Assembly (NCBI GenBank): GCA_938004065.1
Contig: CALKWM010000039.1
Location: 65,313-129,312, forward strand
Direction of reading: 5' to 3'
DNA length: 64,000 nucleotides
Origin: an uncultured bacterium
Lineage (GTDB): Bacteria; Patescibacteriota; JAHJAL01
Shown here: positions 10,355 through 22,304 of the stretch, piece after piece
How the letters are laid out: each line of letters starts with the position of its first letter
How positions within the stretch are numbered: position 1 is the stretch's first letter
The notes under the pieces: model-generated
The model's database searches: none
Seen by the model: the letters and a program-made list of their open reading frames with translations, nothing else
What the model was told of the DNA's origin: nothing
Translations under genes and position numbers: made by a program

Positions 10355-12889
10355 CTATATTAATTTTTTTATTAATTCCTTGAACCTTGCCGGCTGAAAT
10401 GGTTTGGTGATAATATCATCCATTCCGGCCTGATAACACTCATCCATTTCTTTCTGAAAAGAATGAGCGGTCTGGGCAACAATAATGTTTCTTTTCGATC
10501 CGGTTGTTTTTTCATATTCCCGAATTTTTTTGGTCGCCTCACAACCATCCATCTGTGGCATCTGGTAATCCATTAAAATTATGTCGTATGGATTTTTCAT
10601 AGCCAGATCCACTGCCTCTTGTCCATTCACCGCCAGATCAATCTGACTTAAACCCATCTTTTCCAGGACTTTTTTAACCAACTTTTGGTTTATCAAATTG
10701 TCTTCCGCCAACAAAATTCTCAAATTCATATCAGCAAATACCGCCTTCTCTTTACTGATTTTTTTGGGGGTTTCTTGTGATTTTTTACCAAATATTTCCC
10801 CCAGAACTTTTTTTAGTTGAATATAACTTATCGGTTTTGAGATAACGGAACAAAAAATATTTTTGTCACCATATTTTTTGCCGTCGGAAGAAAGCAGAAC
10901 TAGCGGTAAATCAGGTTCTATTTTTTTGATTTCTCTCGCCAGCTCCAATCCATCCATTTTTGGCATATGCATATCCAAAATAGCTAGATCCACATCATTG
11001 TACTTGTCTCTTTTGATACCATTAAGGTAATTCAAGGCCTCTGCGCCTGAAGCGGCGGCAAACGGTTTTACCTTTCTGGCCATCAGGTAGTTTGTCAAAC
11101 ATATCCGATTGGTCTCGACGTCGTCCACAATGAGGATTTTCTTTCCCTCCAATTGTGGTAAAACAGCCGACTCATAATTTGCTGATTTGTCTGATCTTGT
11201 GATCTTAATCGTAAAACTAAATGTAGAGCCATTGTTTTCTTCCGTCTCAACCCAGATTCTGCCACCCATTATTTCGACCAATCTTTTTGTGATAGATAGT
11301 CCCAGACCGGTGCCACCGTATTTTCGAGTCGTGGAACTATCGGCTTGCATAAATGGTTTAAACAATAAAAACAGCTTGTCTTCCGCGATGCCGATACCGG
11401 TATCTTTGACGGAAAAAAGCAAATCATCATCATTCTTTGTAACGCTTAAAATAATTTCCCCTCCACTTTTGGTAAATTTGGTTGCGTTTGACAACAAGTT
11501 CGTCAAAACTTGTCTCAATCTCAATCCATCAGCCCAAATAATTTTAGGGACATTTTCGTCAATGAAATAATTCAGTTCCAAAGTATTTTCATAAACCTTG
11601 GGAGAAACAATGTCAATCGCGCACTCCACGCACTCCCGAATATTTATTTTGGATTCATCGAGCTGGATATTGCCCGATTCTATTTTGGATAAATCCAAAA
11701 TATCATTGATTATTGCCAATAGCACATCGGCTGAACTGCTGATAGTATTGAGATATTCTCTTTGTTCGCTGTCTAAATTTGTGTCCGACAGCAAATCCGC
11801 CATTCCGATTATTCCATTCATTGGCGTCCTGATCTCGTGGCTCATATTGGCCAGAAAACTAGTTTTGGCTCGATTGGCGCATTCTGCTTTATCTTTGGCC
11901 TCGAGCAAGTCGCATTGATAAGCTTCAATCGATTTTATCATAAAATCGATATTTTCCGTCAGTCGTGATATTTCATCCCTGCTCTGCCCGATAGGCCTGG
12001 TATCCATTTTTTTTCGATGTGGCACTTGTGATATTTTTGTGTCCAGTTCTATCAAACGGGAAATAATTCTTGTGTTAATGAATTTTATCAACAAAAAACA
12101 AAATACTGACCCAAAGCATAGAAACATGAGGAAATTATACCTTATGCTATTTTTGCCTTGTTTGTAGATGTCTCGTGGCAAGACAACTTTTGTTGTAAAA
12201 ATTGCTTTCCCTTGCGGATCATAAATATTTTTATAACCGGCGATAGTATTGTCAGAAAGTTTGATAGCGTCATCACGAAGTGGCGCAACTATCGTAAGTG
12301 GCAATTCCATTTTTTCGGACAAGTCATTGATAAAATATTTATCAACGTACCTGCCAAATATCAATTTACCTTGCGGTGTGCCGGTTCTGTCTGATTTTAC
12401 AATTGGTTTTGTGCTTACCAAAATAATTCGTCCGTTCAAATCTATAAAACCGCCAAAAAATGACTCATGCGGATGATCTTTTTCGACAAATTTTATCAAT
12501 TCTTCCACCGACCCGTTGAACCTTTTTTCCTGAAAATCATATGAATTGGAATACACAACTCGGTGATCTTTATCCATAAAAACCATCACATTGACTTTAG
12601 TGTTGATATAATCGCTCTCATTGAGATAATTTGTCGAAAAATCTTCAAAATCTCCCCGAACAAACTTGCAACTATCATCCCAACAAGCCCAATCCTCTGT
12701 CGTTCGTTCCAGATCGTCAATTTCTTTATCAAAAAAACTTTTTATTCTACCCAAGTTTTTTTGCATCCTCGACTCTTCTATTTCCGCAAAACTGTTCAAA
12801 AAAATTACATTGGATATTAGATACAAAATCACTACCAAGACTATAAACAAAAACATAATTACAACAGTAGTCTTTGCTTGTAAATTCAC
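10355..12889 (-). CDS. Hybrid sensor histidine kinase (CHASE4 sensor, HisKA/HATPase, two receiver domains)
   Basis: DWACWDDS (CHASE4-type), [32 protein letters not shown], receivers LDMHMP and MDYQMP. Confidence 0.92.
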   Translation of the reverse strand: MNLQAKTTVVIMFLFIVLVVILYLISNVIFLNSFAEIEESRMQKNLGRIKSFFDKEIDDLERTTEDWACWDDSCKFVRGDFEDFSTNYLNESDYINTKVNVMVFMDKDHRVVYSNSYDFQEKRFNGSVEELIKFVEKDHPHESFFGGFIDLNGRIILVSTKPIVKSDRTGTPQGKLIFGRYVDKYFINDLSEKMELPLTIVAPLRDDAIKLSDNTIAGYKNIYDPQGKAIFTTKVVLPRDIYKQGKNSIRYNFLMFLCFGSVFCFLLIKFINTRIISRLIELDTKISQVPHRKKMDTRPIGQSRDEISRLTENIDFMIKSIEAYQCDLLEAKDKAECANRAKTSFLANMSHEIRTPMNGIIGMADLLSDTNLDSEQREYLNTISSSADVLLAIINDILDLSKIESGNIQLDESKINIRECVECAIDIVSPKVYENTLELNYFIDENVPKIIWADGLRLRQVLTNLLSNATKFTKSGGEIILSVTKNDDDLLFSVKDTGIGIAEDKLFLLFKPFMQADSSTTRKYGGTGLGLSITKRLVEIMGGRIWVETEENNGSTFSFTIKITRSDKSANYESAVLPQLEGKKILIVDDVETNRICLTNYLMARKVKPFAAASGAEALNYLNGIKRDKYNDVDLAILDMHMPKMDGLELAREIKKIEPDLPLVLLSSDGKKYGDKNIFCSVISKPISYIQLKKVLGEIFGKKSQETPKKISKEKAVFADMNLRILLAEDNLINQKLVKKVLEKMGLSQIDLAVNGQEAVDLAMKNPYDIILMDYQMPQMDGCEATKKIREYEKTTGSKRNIIVAQTAHSFQKEMDECYQAGMDDIITKPFQPARFKELIKKLI

Positions 12890-13039
12890 CTTAACTCATC
12901 CTTTCTAATCGCTTAAAATCTATTTTTAAAGAACCAAAATATCGACAGTATGCATTATAACACCTATTTTCATTATTACTTAATCTTAAATTAATCTTAA
13001 ATTAAGCTAGAAAATTGAGGCATTTTTTTTGCATACTAG

Positions 13040-13066
13040 AAACTGCCGGCACAACACCGGCAGTTT
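13040..13066. terminator. Intrinsic terminator-like hairpin
   Basis: aaactgccgg-cacaaca-ccggcagttt downstream of the PA14 gene pair. Confidence 0.6.
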
Positions 13067-13121
13067 CATTCGAACAAACAATAATAAATTAAATCACTAA
13101 ACTAATTGTTCATTGCATATT

Positions 13122-13150
13122 TGCGCCCGAGGCGCACCCGCCTTGGGCGG
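13122..13150. repeat. Double GC hairpin repeat
   Basis: tgcgcccgaggcgcacccgccttgggcgg; its reverse complement matches 22305-22333 at 27/29. Confidence 0.75.
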
Positions 13151-13162
13151 GGAACCTTGATA

Positions 13163-15445
13163 TTATTTTATTCCCAAAAACTTCAATATCTTGTCTATAA
13201 TATCCTGTAAATCGGTTATTAGTTGCTGAAATGTAGATAATTGAGTTTGAATAGCCGCATCTTCCAAATCCGATTCTTTGTCCCACCAGAACTTGGCGGT
13301 GGCTTTATCCGCTTTGTCAAAGTAACGAACTGTCACAGTTTTCCAGCCTGATTTGATCCGGTAAACATCTGAGTTATGCGCATTTCTTGGTTGCGGGTAC
13401 CATTTGTATAAAATATCTCCCAGTCCTTCCACATTGACCTTCATTCCATCATCAGTGACAGAATGGAAAGTATAATATCCATCTTCAAAGTAAAATCTTC
13501 CTCGCCAGATGGCCGATACATTGTCGCTATGTTTCTCACCATTCATATCCGTAATCAATGAGTCATATCCCCATTCATGATTGACCACATCGCCATCGAT
13601 ATATTCACCTCCAATTACGTTTTCCATCGGAGGATAGTAAACCAAATCTTCAATAATACCATTGTAATAACAACCATGAAATTTATTTTCCGGTGTTTCG
13701 TCACAGTTAACTGGCGATTTTTCCGGAATTACTAAATAATTGGTAGTATTGATTTTGGCTTCTTTTTCTTTTTCTTCATCGGTTTGGACTTTGGTGTCCG
13801 ATGTCACCAACACTTTAACCGAATCAGATAGATAATTTTTTGATACCGGATCATGACAAACAACGAAATACGTGCGGTCATAATCATGTTCGATTACCAC
13901 ACTTTGCTCGCCGGTTTTGCCGGATAAGTTTTCCGACCAATCATTGAAACAATTTACCGGCTCAATTCCTTCAATTGACCAGGTAAATTTTACAGTGTCA
14001 CCTTTTTTCACATTCAAACTTTCTTTGCTGTTACCAAATACCGAAACAGAGGCGGTTGAAGTCGTCGTGGCATAGTCAGACGTGTCATCATCTGTAGATT
14101 TGGTTGCGTCACTGGAAGTAGAAGTAGAGGAAGAAGTTGAAGAAGAAGTGGTTGAAGTGCTTGAGCTCGCGCAAAAGAATGATACCGAATTGGAAAATTG
14201 TTTTTCTGTGCCATCGCTGGCTATTGCATAACCGGAAATTAAGTGCATGCCCGGATATGCTTTTTCATCAAATTTGTATTGATAATTTCGTCCGCCGTAA
14301 GCTCCAACGCCACCGCGGTCAGTCATGCCGGCATCTGTTAGTGACCCCTCAAAGAATTTTTTACCGGTGCTTTTGTCCCCATCCAAATACATAGCGACTT
14401 TACTCGCCTGTTGAACATAAAATTCAGTCGTGCCGCAAACGGTTAAGGCCTGGGTAAAAGAACCGGAAACCTGTGGTGCGGTCTTGGGAGGATCAGGAAC
14501 AACCGGAGAAACATAGATATCGGTGCTTGTGCTTGGGGTGGTAGTTGTGGTCGGTGCCGGATTGGTGGTAGGTGCGGGTGTGGTTGGAGTTGTTGTTATG
14601 GGTGCAGGGGTAGTAGTTGGAGTAGTTGTAGTCGGTGTGGAAGCTGGTGTTGCTTTGCTACTGTCATACGGCATTGTAACCATATCATTGGAATGGTCTT
14701 TGTATGCTACTATTACTTGATATACTCCATATGGATCAATTCCGAAGTTGGAACTAATGTCCTGAATTGTTCCATACATATTTTGTGGAGAAGAACCACC
14801 AACCGGAAAAAAACGATCGCCTTTCAATTTTTGCAAAGTATAATTTCCGATTTTGTCTTTGTCATTATTCAATTGTGCCGGTAAATTAACAGACACTTCG
14901 TATCTGGTACCGATTGAATTGGCTTTTACTCCCGTAATAGTAAAATCACCGGATGGAGCGGTTGTGTAATTGGCCGGACAACTCATCGGAAATGTCTGCT
15001 GACCATTAGAATTATTGTAAACAACATCATAATTTCCATCGGGTTTTATATAATAGGGAAAAACCAGATGTGGGCCACCCCATTTAGTGGTATCAAAACC
15101 AATGCTAAAATTACCTTCCCCATCACTGGTAGTAGAAGCTACTTTGATCCCATCCGAACAAAGTGTACTTTTATCGCATTGCCAGGGGTTTTCTAGTGAG
15201 GCATCGATAACTATATCCAATTTGGTATTGGGAACAATTTTCCCCGAAACTTGTCCGCAACCAACATTGATATTACATGGCACATTATTACCATTGTAAT
15301 TGGCACATGAAGCGTTAGAACTTTCTTGCGCTTGTGAATTTCCAACATTTTTAACCTGAGAAACTATTGAACCGGATCCAATCCCAAACAATAACAACAA
15401 TAGTATCGGTATCAGGTTCTTGATGTTTTTCTTTAAAGTTTTCAT
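13163..15445 (-). CDS. Secreted PA14-domain protein with Thr/Pro- and Ser/Thr-rich linkers
   Basis: Signal peptide; PA14-like DNVSAIWRG...TDDGMKV...W near the C-terminus. Confidence 0.8.
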   Translation of the reverse strand: MKTLKKNIKNLIPILLLLLFGIGSGSIVSQVKNVGNSQAQESSNASCANYNGNNVPCNINVGCGQVSGKIVPNTKLDIVIDASLENPWQCDKSTLCSDGIKVASTTSDGEGNFSIGFDTTKWGGPHLVFPYYIKPDGNYDVVYNNSNGQQTFPMSCPANYTTAPSGDFTITGVKANSIGTRYEVSVNLPAQLNNDKDKIGNYTLQKLKGDRFFPVGGSSPQNMYGTIQDISSNFGIDPYGVYQVIVAYKDHSNDMVTMPYDSSKATPASTPTTTTPTTTPAPITTTPTTPAPTTNPAPTTTTTPSTSTDIYVSPVVPDPPKTAPQVSGSFTQALTVCGTTEFYVQQASKVAMYLDGDKSTGKKFFEGSLTDAGMTDRGGVGAYGGRNYQYKFDEKAYPGMHLISGYAIASDGTEKQFSNSVSFFCASSSTSTTSSSTSSSTSTSSDATKSTDDDTSDYATTTSTASVSVFGNSKESLNVKKGDTVKFTWSIEGIEPVNCFNDWSENLSGKTGEQSVVIEHDYDRTYFVVCHDPVSKNYLSDSVKVLVTSDTKVQTDEEKEKEAKINTTNYLVIPEKSPVNCDETPENKFHGCYYNGIIEDLVYYPPMENVIGGEYIDGDVVNHEWGYDSLITDMNGEKHSDNVSAIWRGRFYFEDGYYTFHSVTDDGMKVNVEGLGDILYKWYPQPRNAHNSDVYRIKSGWKTVTVRYFDKADKATAKFWWDKESDLEDAAIQTQLSTFQQLITDLQDIIDKILKFLGIK

Positions 15446-15489
15446 TATTTTTTGTTTTTATTCTTATTTATATTGATATTTAAATAAAA

Positions 15490-17493
15490 TTATTCAATTC
15501 CGAAAAAATTCAAAACCTTTTGCACCAGATCTTTTAATTGATCAATTAACTGTTCAAAAATTGACAATTGTCTTGACAGTTCCTCAGCTTCAATCGCCGG
15601 TTTCTGATGTTCCCACCAGACTTTAACCGCCGCTTTGTGGCCCTCTTCATAATATCGGACAGTAACAGTATGGTATCCGGCCGATAAGTGTGTTAAGTCG
15701 GATATATGAGTATTTCTAGGTTGTGGATACCATTTATAAATTAGGTTATCGGTATCATCCAATATCACTTTCACTCCATCATCAGCGGTTGCTTTAAACA
15801 GATAGTCGCCCTCACCGAAGTAAAATTCACCTCTCCAGATGGCAGATACATTGTCAGTATATGTAACTCCATCCAGACCGGTGATAATTTTCTCTGTTCC
15901 CCAGTCATGATCTATCCGATTTCCTAAAACCATCTCTCCTCCCAATACAGTTGATTGATCAGGAAAATCAACTTTGTCATCAATTTTACCTTTGTAGTAG
16001 CAACCATGAAATTTTTCTTCCGGTACTTCGGTACATTTTGGAGTGCCACTGTCAGCTGTAACTTTTGGCATCTCGAGCATGGAGGAGTAATCGATCCATT
16101 CACCATTTGTTATTTCATCATCTTTGTCTTTCAAAGATGACTCATCGTCACTCTCGTCCTCTTTGTCTGCTATTTCCTCTTTTTTTTCATCTTCATCAAC
16201 TACTATTTGTTTTCCATCTTCGTCACTGATAATAGTCAAACCATTTGTTTCGCTGGTGGAAATATAGACTCGAGCCATTTTACTTTCTCCGGTGTATAAA
16301 GAAGATTTGTCGCCACTGGTACATGTAATCTGGTATAAATTCGTACCGGCGCCAATTTTAATATCTTTTTTACCGGACGATGACAAATCGCCCAATGGCC
16401 AATTATTCATTTCTTGACCATCACTTTGGCAATATTTAAAAATAGATGAATCGGCTTCCCATTCCAAGGTAGCGGTTTTTCCCTTGGTGAAAACTTCCAT
16501 TGTACCCATATTGTCCTTGGTCATCACTTGATTGGCAGTGTCATAAGTATAATCAAAACCTTTTCCGCTCACTTTGTATGTTTTGTCTCCCACTTTCATA
16601 GTTAATTTCAAAGGATCACTGGATTTTGATAAATCAGTGGAAGGAGTTTCACTTGGTGCATCACTACCGCCTTCAATATTGTAAAACAAAATCTGCATAT
16701 TAGCAGTTTTTTGTTTATACACTGCCACATTATTATTATCCCAACAAGCTAATACTATATTTTTATCTTTAGAAAGATCAAAAGATGCTTGTCCCTCTGG
16801 TTTCATTCTTTTTGATTTTACACTATAATCAGGATAACCAGGAATCAAATTATTTTTTGTTACTTCTTCATAAACGTTTTCTCGTACATAGTTGCCTAAC
16901 TCAGTAGCCCCAAACCAACAATCACTTATGTTATCAGTATTATATTTCCATGATATTGTTCCAGTTGTCACCGGTGTATCGATATATGTATATTTATATG
17001 ACTGATTACCTATCGCTCCTTGTCTACCAACTTTATAACTCTTATTATTCATTGTTATTTCCAAAGTTACATCATCGTCAGTTTTACTGGAATCGAAAGA
17101 TGGCGTTTCGCTCAAAACAACCGGCTCGCTGGTATCGATTTGAATTTCGATCATATTGCTGGCATGGGCGGTAGCAATAGTGTTAACAGCGGTTTCCGTA
17201 ATCATACTGCAACCAATTTGAAATCTATTTTGATGTCTTATGTGCTCGATAGTTTTTGATCCTGTCGCTTCTGTAATCAATTCACCATCCCAGTCATAAC
17301 ATTTCATGCCACCACTCAACAAATTGGCATCCATTGTCCAGCTCAATGTTAACGGATCATTAAATTTTACTTTGGTAGCCGACGCTTCCAGTTTGATCAA
17401 TTCACCAACTGAGGCGTGACTGACTGCCGAAATAAACACAATTGCCGCAACGGGCAATATCAAATACAACCATTTCACAATTTTTGTTTTCAT
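15490..17493 (-). CDS. Secreted PA14-domain protein, paralog of the neighbour
   Basis: Signal peptide; DNVSAIWRG...ADDGVKV; shares YKWYPQPRN with the neighbour. Confidence 0.8.
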   Translation of the reverse strand: MKTKIVKWLYLILPVAAIVFISAVSHASVGELIKLEASATKVKFNDPLTLSWTMDANLLSGGMKCYDWDGELITEATGSKTIEHIRHQNRFQIGCSMITETAVNTIATAHASNMIEIQIDTSEPVVLSETPSFDSSKTDDDVTLEITMNNKSYKVGRQGAIGNQSYKYTYIDTPVTTGTISWKYNTDNISDCWFGATELGNYVRENVYEEVTKNNLIPGYPDYSVKSKRMKPEGQASFDLSKDKNIVLACWDNNNVAVYKQKTANMQILFYNIEGGSDAPSETPSTDLSKSSDPLKLTMKVGDKTYKVSGKGFDYTYDTANQVMTKDNMGTMEVFTKGKTATLEWEADSSIFKYCQSDGQEMNNWPLGDLSSSGKKDIKIGAGTNLYQITCTSGDKSSLYTGESKMARVYISTSETNGLTIISDEDGKQIVVDEDEKKEEIADKEDESDDESSLKDKDDEITNGEWIDYSSMLEMPKVTADSGTPKCTEVPEEKFHGCYYKGKIDDKVDFPDQSTVLGGEMVLGNRIDHDWGTEKIITGLDGVTYTDNVSAIWRGEFYFGEGDYLFKATADDGVKVILDDTDNLIYKWYPQPRNTHISDLTHLSAGYHTVTVRYYEEGHKAAVKVWWEHQKPAIEAEELSRQLSIFEQLIDQLKDLVQKVLNFFGIE

Positions 17494-17803
17494 CTAATTT
17501 TTTATTTTTATATAATTATTACAAATCCATTGATTATACTATATTGTGTAAAAAAATGCAAGCTCTATGTCAAAAATCAAATTACGATCGGTAAAAACAA
17601 ATAAAATATATGATAGAAATATCTGGATAAATCCTAAATAAACTTAAACAATACATATTTTTTTTAATAAAAAAAATTTACAATCAATAATTCTTTTCTC
17701 ATTACATTTTTAAAAATGAAATATATATTTCACATAGTATTGTAATGTTTGCGCTATTTGTGCGTTATAATAAAATCACCAATACTTATTTTTCAATTTA
17801 TTA

Positions 17804-18517
17804 ATGCAAAACACATCCAAAAGAAATTTGCTAATCTGGCTTGGCGTAGGATTAATCGGGCTACTCGTTTTTTTGGCACCGATAATATTTCCGATTGATA
17901 TGATGAATGGCGGTGGGGCCATGATCATGGTCGGAATTTTGTTTGCCATCACCGGTCCGATTGTGGCCATGCTTTACTATCATCGCGCTCGCGTTTTCGA
18001 TCAGTTGATGGACGAAAACAAATTGCTGGCACATTTCAAATATCACCAAATCGAATGGCAGCGTTTTGCCGAAGATGAAAAAAAATTCCGTAGCGGTGAG
18101 CAACGCGGTATGCAATTTATTGTCTTGTTTTTTTCAGTAATATTTGGCGGACTTTTCTGGTATTTCGACCCGGAATCGGGATGGGTGGTGGCATTGGTAT
18201 TGTTTTTTGTTAACTTATTGATCATGGGAGTGGTATTTCTAAACAATCGCAGTTATGAACGCTTGGCCAATGAGCCAGATGTCGAATGTCGAGTTGGTGC
18301 CAATGGTTGTTTATTGAACAATCAACTTCACGTCTGGGTCGGGTGGGGAGCCCGATTTGAAGGCGCTCGCACCAATATGGGCAATATCAATATTCTGGAA
18401 ATTGTTTACTCCACACCCAACCGTTACTCAAGACAGTATTATACAATCAGAATCCCCATTCCCACCGGTCTGGAAAAAACAGCCGATGAAGTTGTCAAAA
18501 AATTATCATCACAATAA
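17804..18517 (+). CDS. Hypothetical membrane protein
   Basis: Four TM segments plus soluble C-terminal domain. Confidence 0.75.
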   Translation: MQNTSKRNLLIWLGVGLIGLLVFLAPIIFPIDMMNGGGAMIMVGILFAITGPIVAMLYYHRARVFDQLMDENKLLAHFKYHQIEWQRFAEDEKKFRSGEQRGMQFIVLFFSVIFGGLFWYFDPESGWVVALVLFFVNLLIMGVVFLNNRSYERLANEPDVECRVGANGCLLNNQLHVWVGWGARFEGARTNMGNINILEIVYSTPNRYSRQYYTIRIPIPTGLEKTADEVVKKLSSQ

Positions 18518-18657
18518 ATTTCAATCGGTTGTTTCAATTTTTTTCAATCACAAATAAAAATTTCATAATATTCAAACTAATCCCTTTTAAAAAACCCGGA
18601 CCTGTTCAGTCCGAGTTAAATATTTGATGCCCTGATTGATTTTATTTTAAAAAAAAT

Positions 18658-18987
18658 TCACCCGCTCATTCGCATAAATTCAGCTAACAATTCAGAAAAG
18701 GTGATATTCTTAGCTTTTTTTCTTTCTATCATATAGTTTGCCTCATTTTCATCATATCCGCAAAGTAAATACATCTCCACTATTTCCTCGCTGGTCAGAT
18801 CAAGAACGGCAACTATTGACCACAACAGATATTTTGAAGGTCGATTTTTTCCTTTTTCCAGATTTCCGATATGTGTATCCGAAACACCTGTCTTGATTGA
18901 CAATTGTCTTCTGCTCTTGATTCCTGATCTAAGGCGCATATTAGTGAGCATTTTCCCGAAGGCCTTCAGATCTTTCTTGTCTTTCAT
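18658..18987 (-). CDS. XRE-family helix-turn-helix regulator
   Basis: SRRQLSIKTGVSDTHIGNLEKGKNRPS; upstream GGAGG. Confidence 0.85.
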   Translation of the reverse strand: MKDKKDLKAFGKMLTNMRLRSGIKSRRQLSIKTGVSDTHIGNLEKGKNRPSKYLLWSIVAVLDLTSEEIVEMYLLCGYDENEANYMIERKKAKNITFSELLAEFMRMSG

Positions 18988-19127
18988 GCCAATCCCTCCA
19001 AATTGTTAATGTTATAAAAATCATATACATATCAGTCAGTCCCAGTCAACCAATTGCCTATTTTAGAAACATTCAGACATCAAAAAAAATAACCCCAAAA
19101 TAATCGGAGTTATGTAAAAATTTGTCA

Positions 19128-20156
19128 TTAAAATGTTATTTTAAACATCGCCAACCCCACCCTTCTTTCACCCACCAGTAAATATTTCCCACAAGGTGAA
19201 AAGGCCAGCGACGTTATATTGTCGATCGATAAATTTTGTAGTATCGTCTCTTTTTTCCAATCGACAAGATTTAGATTGCATTCGACACCATTTGCTTTTT
19301 GAGAATACCCGCTGTAGACAATGTATTTCCCGGTATTATCAAATACGATATTAACTGGGTTATCTTCGCGGTTGAAAATTAATTTTTTTGTTAGAACACT
19401 ATTTTCAAACTGTATTGATTTGTGGCCGGCCCAGTTTTTTTTCAATATCTTCAGCTCGTCCGGACAAACACAGGCCAGATACCTATTGTTTGGTGAAAAA
19501 GACATCCGACAACAACTGGCCAAGATTTTCAAAATCCGGTCTTTCTTGTAATCCCACATCCATGTGCCATTTGAGTAATGTTCACTCTTGTTTGGTCCAA
19601 ATGACACCAACAGTATTTGATTGGAAGAAAAAATCATATCAATGATTTTCATACTGTAGGCGCCATAGTTCCATGAATTATATGGGCGATACCCATGTCC
19701 TTTTGTAATATAAAATATATCAGTAGCGCTTTTATCATCTGAATATTCTCCAAAATGATTCAACGCCAGATATGTTTTATAATTGTCCTGTGACTGGCGG
19801 TAACTGACCATACTCGTTGACAAAAAAGTATCTGCAATACCACCCAGATCAATCTCCCCCATTTTCCAGACCCGTTCTCCAAACTCATACAACTCGTACA
19901 ATTTGGAATTGGAAGTGGTAAAAAATATTCTACCGTTTTGATTGATCGTCAAATTCTTAAAAAATTGACCTTTCCCTTCCTCACTGCACATACTAAAAGT
20001 ATGTACACGATCCATTGCCGGCCATGTCCAGACATTGATTTCGGTTATGCAGGCACTAATCATGTATTTCCGATCCTTGGTCCACGCCATACTATGGACA
20101 CCCCAGCCATTTTTGTGACATTCCACAAATTCGTCAAATAACAGTCGCATCCGCAT
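19128..20156 (-). CDS. WD40-like beta-propeller protein
   Basis: Blade motifs SMAWTKDRKYM, MSFSPNNRYLA, IVFDNTGKYI, SLAFSPCGKYL; upstream AGGAGG. Confidence 0.75.
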   Translation of the reverse strand: MRMRLLFDEFVECHKNGWGVHSMAWTKDRKYMISACITEINVWTWPAMDRVHTFSMCSEEGKGQFFKNLTINQNGRIFFTTSNSKLYELYEFGERVWKMGEIDLGGIADTFLSTSMVSYRQSQDNYKTYLALNHFGEYSDDKSATDIFYITKGHGYRPYNSWNYGAYSMKIIDMIFSSNQILLVSFGPNKSEHYSNGTWMWDYKKDRILKILASCCRMSFSPNNRYLACVCPDELKILKKNWAGHKSIQFENSVLTKKLIFNREDNPVNIVFDNTGKYIVYSGYSQKANGVECNLNLVDWKKETILQNLSIDNITSLAFSPCGKYLLVGERRVGLAMFKITF

Positions 20157-20316
20157 TCCTCCTTCGTATTGTTAAAGATACCTAAAATATAATTCCAGAT
20201 AGAATTATTGTCAATAATAAACAATATTTTATCCTCATATTTTGATATGCTATAAATGCCCCTTTTAAATTGTTCCAATTCATTTTTTTCACTTTTCTTA
20301 TCACTTACTTTTAACC

Positions 20317-21537
20317 ATGACCACCATCAAATGCGTTCAATGCGGACACGAAATTGAAATCACTGAAGCGCTCAAAAAAGACATCGAACAGCAAATTGCT
20401 GCCGATTTGAACAAAAAATACCAAACCGAAATCGAAAAAATCAAACAAACCAATGCCGATTTGATCGAAAAAACCAAATCCGAGATCAGGCAAAAAGCAA
20501 TTTCCGAAGCGCAGAAAGCATATGAAGCCAAAATCAAACAAACCAAAGAACTGGCCGCCGAACAGGAGAAACAAAATCTGTCTTTGCAAAAAGAGCTTTC
20601 CGAAACCTTAAAATCACTCCGTTTGGCCCGCGACGCCGAAGGGAAACTGAAAATCGAATTTGAGAAAAAACTACTCTTTGAACAGGAAAAAATCAAACAA
20701 ACCGCCAAGCAGGAATTTGAGAGCGAACAAAACATGAAAATGGCGGAAAAAGACAAAAAAATTCAAGACATGGAAAAACAGGTGATGGAAATGAAACGCA
20801 AGCTGGAACAAGGATCCCAACAAACCCAAGGTGAAGTTTTGGAACTTAAATTGGAAGAAGCTTTAAAAAATGAATTCCCGTTTGATGAAATCAGTGAAGT
20901 ACCCAAAGGTATCCGTGGCGCTGATATCATTCAGACAGTTAGAACTCGTGGCGGATTGATTTGTGGTACTATCGTTTGGGAATTAAAAAACACCAAAAAT
21001 TGGTCGCCTTCCTGGGTGCAAAAACTGGTGGAAGATCAGCGTGCTCTGAAAGCGGAATTGGCAATTTTGATTTCCAACGCTTTGCCGGAAGGAGTAAACA
21101 ATTTTGGCCAAATGGACAAAATTTGGGTTAGCAATCTCACCTCTTCAATACCACTTTGCCACGCTCTCCGGCAACAACTGATGGGAATTAAAAACTCGCA
21201 ACTGGCCAATGAAGGCAAAGCCACCAAAGCCGAATCGGTTTACAACTATCTGATTGGCAATGATTTCAAACAACGCATCGAAGTTTGGGTGGAATATTTT
21301 CGTACTCGCAAAGAAGAAATCGATAAAGAACGCATCTATTACAACAAACGATGGGAAAAAGAGGAAAAAAATATCATCAAAGTGATGGAAAATACCGCCG
21401 GCATTTATGGCGATCTGCAAGGTGTGATCGGTAACGCTCTACCAAAAATCGACTATCTCGAACTACCCGGGGAGGTGGAAGAAGGAGATTCGGGAGAAGG
21501 CGACGGGGTAAAAAAAGACGAGCGGTTGTTTTTCTAA
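20317..21537 (+). CDS. DUF2130-family coiled-coil protein
   Basis: N-terminal CxxC, long coiled coil, QGSQQTQGEVLEL, KGIRGADIIQ, WELKNTKNWS. Confidence 0.85.
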   Translation: MTTIKCVQCGHEIEITEALKKDIEQQIAADLNKKYQTEIEKIKQTNADLIEKTKSEIRQKAISEAQKAYEAKIKQTKELAAEQEKQNLSLQKELSETLKSLRLARDAEGKLKIEFEKKLLFEQEKIKQTAKQEFESEQNMKMAEKDKKIQDMEKQVMEMKRKLEQGSQQTQGEVLELKLEEALKNEFPFDEISEVPKGIRGADIIQTVRTRGGLICGTIVWELKNTKNWSPSWVQKLVEDQRALKAELAILISNALPEGVNNFGQMDKIWVSNLTSSIPLCHALRQQLMGIKNSQLANEGKATKAESVYNYLIGNDFKQRIEVWVEYFRTRKEEIDKERIYYNKRWEKEEKNIIKVMENTAGIYGDLQGVIGNALPKIDYLELPGEVEEGDSGEGDGVKKDERLFF

Positions 21538-21659
21538 CCATTTAACAATTTAGCATTTCCTTTAGATATTCCAATATAGCAATTGCATTCATAATTTTTA
21601 ATTTTGAATTATTCTATAGTATATTTAAATCAGACGAAACATATTTAAACAAAATCACT

Positions 21660-22238
21660 ATGAAGCATATCAAGACACTACATTTTTCCCTTGTTGTGTT
21701 TTTTGTGTTTTCGTTCGCCGGCTGTGTCCCTTCAAAAGTCCAAAAACCGGATGGTTCAATCCTCGACCAGTCCGTTATTTCGCAAATCAATCAAGACAAT
21801 TACTGGCAATATCTGACCAACGCCGATGATGGCAAATTTCAGGAAATCGAACTGGAAGCTTCTGATTACAATTGGGATAATTATTTACGATTGTGTGGCG
21901 GACTTTGGCCCCGTGGCTATGTTTTGATTGATGAATACGATCAGACGATATCCCAACAGACCGAGCTTCCCAGTTATCTAAACAATATTAAATCCCCGGA
22001 AGAAGCCATAGCTTACATTTACGCCACCAACTGTTATCTTTCTCCAGAGTTTGGTCAATACCGGCAATTTGTCAACAAACTTGATGACGGTTATCTGGTA
22101 TCGGTTATCGCTTACAATTTTATCGGTTGCGGCAATCATGCCCACCGGCAATTAAATTTTTCACTCAAACCCACCGGTGAGTGGCATTTGTTGAGTGATA
22201 TCAAGCTGGAAAAAGGAGAAGAATTTTGTGGAGACTAA
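21660..22238 (+). CDS. Putative lipoprotein
   Basis: Signal peptide with lipobox FAGC. Confidence 0.75.
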   Translation: MKHIKTLHFSLVVFFVFSFAGCVPSKVQKPDGSILDQSVISQINQDNYWQYLTNADDGKFQEIELEASDYNWDNYLRLCGGLWPRGYVLIDEYDQTISQQTELPSYLNNIKSPEEAIAYIYATNCYLSPEFGQYRQFVNKLDDGYLVSVIAYNFIGCGNHAHRQLNFSLKPTGEWHLLSDIKLEKGEEFCGD

Positions 22239-22304
22239 ATTAATTACCAATTATCAATATCCAATTAAATCGCAAACAAAAAAATTTGATACGTTTGATA
22301 ATTT

